From Saprolegnia diclina VS20 (Eukaryota), in NCBI RefSeq assembly GCF_000281045.1, contig NW_008246088.1:427139-447138 (forward strand): DNA of 20,000 bases, given 5' to 3'. The notes beneath the pieces were generated by a model, which made no database searches, was not told where the DNA came from, and worked only from the letters and a program-made list of their open reading frames with translations. Positions 18,328 to 20,000 of the stretch are shown here, in pieces (positions within the stretch are counted from its first letter, which is position 1; every line of letters begins with the position of its first letter). Position numbers and translations under genes: made by a program.

Positions 18328-19058
18328 CAAAGCTCAACTTTTGCCATGCCAGTACACCCATTATGGTTAGCGATAGAAATCGAATATAATATGCATTATA
18401 AGTATAATTAAAGAAAATGAGAATTGTTTGTGTTTAAAACCAAGAGGATTTTAAGGTGTTTGGTCGCCGACACCACGATCACGTCCAGCTCCGTGACGAT
18501 CGTGCACCAGGTTGCCCATCTTTGTGGGAACCGGCACAACATGCAAAAGATCGGCAATCGTATTCATATCACACAAGAGCCAAAGCACACAGCTCGTACA
18601 TCGACCGACGCCGTACTATTTGTTGCCCTAGTCAACACTGCTGAGCGCGTGCGTGCTCACGCAAACGCCATCCATCGACCAACGCTAGGGTCCAACTCTG
18701 CCTGGAGCCAGCGAAATCAGACCAAATATGCAAACCTTGAATCCACGTTCGATGGGCTTATTTAAATCTTAGTACAGTTCTACCGGTCAAAGCAATGCAT
18801 GGATGTGAAGTTCACGTCATTGGCTCCGAAGCCCGTTGCCAGCGCCCGAGCGCTCCATTCCAGTACATCTGCAACGGCCAACCCGACGCGGACACCAAAT
18901 TTTGAGAATAAAAAACGCCTTGCAACACGCGGCAAACCCAAGGAGAAGCCGTGAGCCGGGCGCTCTCCAATGATAACTCGGGGACTTTGCCAAATGAGAA
19001 TATGTTATCGAGGTTACGCAAGGAAGGCGTGGCACAAAACACATTTCAACACGAGCGG

Positions 19059-20000
19059 TCATGGAGACTCTTTGGGGCGCGTCTCTGGTACGCCTTGGCT
19101 GAACGAAGCAACCACGACGGGGCTCGGCGTCAACGACGGGCGAGTACTCACAGTATAGGAAGTGGGCGCTATAGCTTCTTGTCGATATTGCGAACTGCGC
19201 GCCGAGTCGGGAGACGCTTGTCGCGACACCGTGCTGATGCTCGGCATGCCGCCCCAAGAGTACTTCGTATCATCTGTCTCGTGTGCAGTGGCATCGGCGA
19301 CCAAAAAGCGCGTTTCAATATCACTGGAGGAGCCGCCGTCGGACGAATCGCTATCGATCGGTTTTGGCGTTGGGGTCGCTGCTGCGATTGTCAAACATCC
19401 GACGGATGGGAAGACGCAGCCCCACGTTGTACCGAGAATAACAACGCATATCGCATCTTCGGGGGCCACGCACTTGCCATTTTGACGCGACTTCAGGCTC
19501 GGGGTGCATGAAGCAAAGCTCGCGTCTCCTTTCCGTGGACATGCCGTACCACTTGGAGAATGTAAGCCGCTACCACATACCGGTCCTCGATTGCTTGGTA
19601 CAAAATACACAGCGTCCTTGCAAACACTGACAATGCCACCAGTTGTAGCCTGCGCCGTGCTCGGCGGAGGTGTCGTCGCAGGTGGCAAGATCGTTAGCGC
19701 AGCTGTCGTCGGCACTGCTGTCGTCGGTGCTGGACTTACAGGCGAAGAGGTGGTCAAAGCTGGCTTCGTTGAAGCTACTGTCACCGGTGCAATCGTCGCC
19801 GGCACTGACGTCGTTGGCATTGGTAGCGTTGTTGGAAGTGGCGTCTTTGGTGGGACCGTCGTTGGCACCCCCGTTGTCGGCGCTGATGTTGGCTCTGGCG
19901 TCAACGGCGTTGTTGGAAGTGGCGTCTTTGGTGGGACCGTCGTTGGCACCCCCGTTGTCGGCGCTGATGTTGGCTCTGGCGTCAACGGCGTTGTTGGAAG
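19059..20000 (-). CDS. Thr/Pro-rich mucin-like protein with an oomycete-type Cys-rich module (5' end outside window)
   Basis: Open frame to the window edge with 27-aa T/P repeats. Module VSVCKDAVY…GPVCGSG…GTACPRKGD…C…GKCVAPEDAIC…TWGCVFP is typical of oomycete mucin-like surface proteins. The exact 3' end is uncertain (possible GTGAGT donor at 19151). Confidence 0.85.
   Translation of the reverse strand, partial: LPTTPLTPEPTSAPTTGVPTTVPPKTPLPTTPLTPEPTSAPTTGVPTTVPPKTPLPTTLPMPTTSVPATIAPVTVASTKPALTTSSPVSPAPTTAVPTTAALTILPPATTPPPSTAQATTGGIVSVCKDAVYFVPSNRGPVCGSGLHSPSGTACPRKGDASFASCTPSLKSRQNGKCVAPEDAICVVILGTTWGCVFPSVGCLTIAAATPTPKPIDSDSSDGGSSSDIETRFLVADATAHETDDTKYSWGGMPSISTVSRQASPDSARSSQYRQEAIAPTSYTVSTRPSLTPSPVVVASFSQGVPETRPKESP
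19826..20000 (-). repeat. Perfect 81-bp coding tandem repeat (TPEPTSAPTTGVPTTVPPKTPLPTTPL), >=2.1 copies, truncated by window edge
   Basis: Identical units start at 19826, 19907 and 19988. Confidence 0.95.

Noticed and set aside
19826..20000. CRISPR-like array
   Set aside because: Units are contiguous with no unique spacers, are in-frame coding, and the context is eukaryotic.

Overview
GC-rich, gene-dense eukaryotic DNA, most likely from an oomycete (Saprolegniales-like). This is inferred from the very short GT-AG introns, INR/FPR-like promoter motifs and an oomycete-type Cys-rich mucin module; it was not confirmed by a search. Manual splicing gives 7 complete genes in alternating orientation: (1) a 5-exon multi-pass membrane protein (-); (2) a 4-exon secreted/membrane LamG + Sel1-repeat protein resembling SEL1L3 (+); (3) an intronless PH-domain AGC (Akt/PKB-like) kinase (-); (4) a 6-exon stand-alone cap-1 2'-O-methyltransferase, CMTR1-like (+); (5) an intronless N-myristoylation-motif globin (-); (6) a 15-exon, ~1606-aa multidomain protein not evident from the ORF track, containing LamG, two Cys-less SelW/SelH(Rdx)-like modules and a TerD-like module (+); (7) an HSF-type transcription factor (-). 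A Thr/Pro-rich mucin-like gene with 81-bp repeats runs off the right edge, and a possible gene 3' end lies at the left edge. A (CTAT)21 microsatellite, a 10-bp x4 5'UTR repeat and three CCAAT boxes spaced exactly 30 bp apart are also present. No rRNA, tRNA, CRISPR or intact transposon was seen. All domain calls are by-eye motif recognition.
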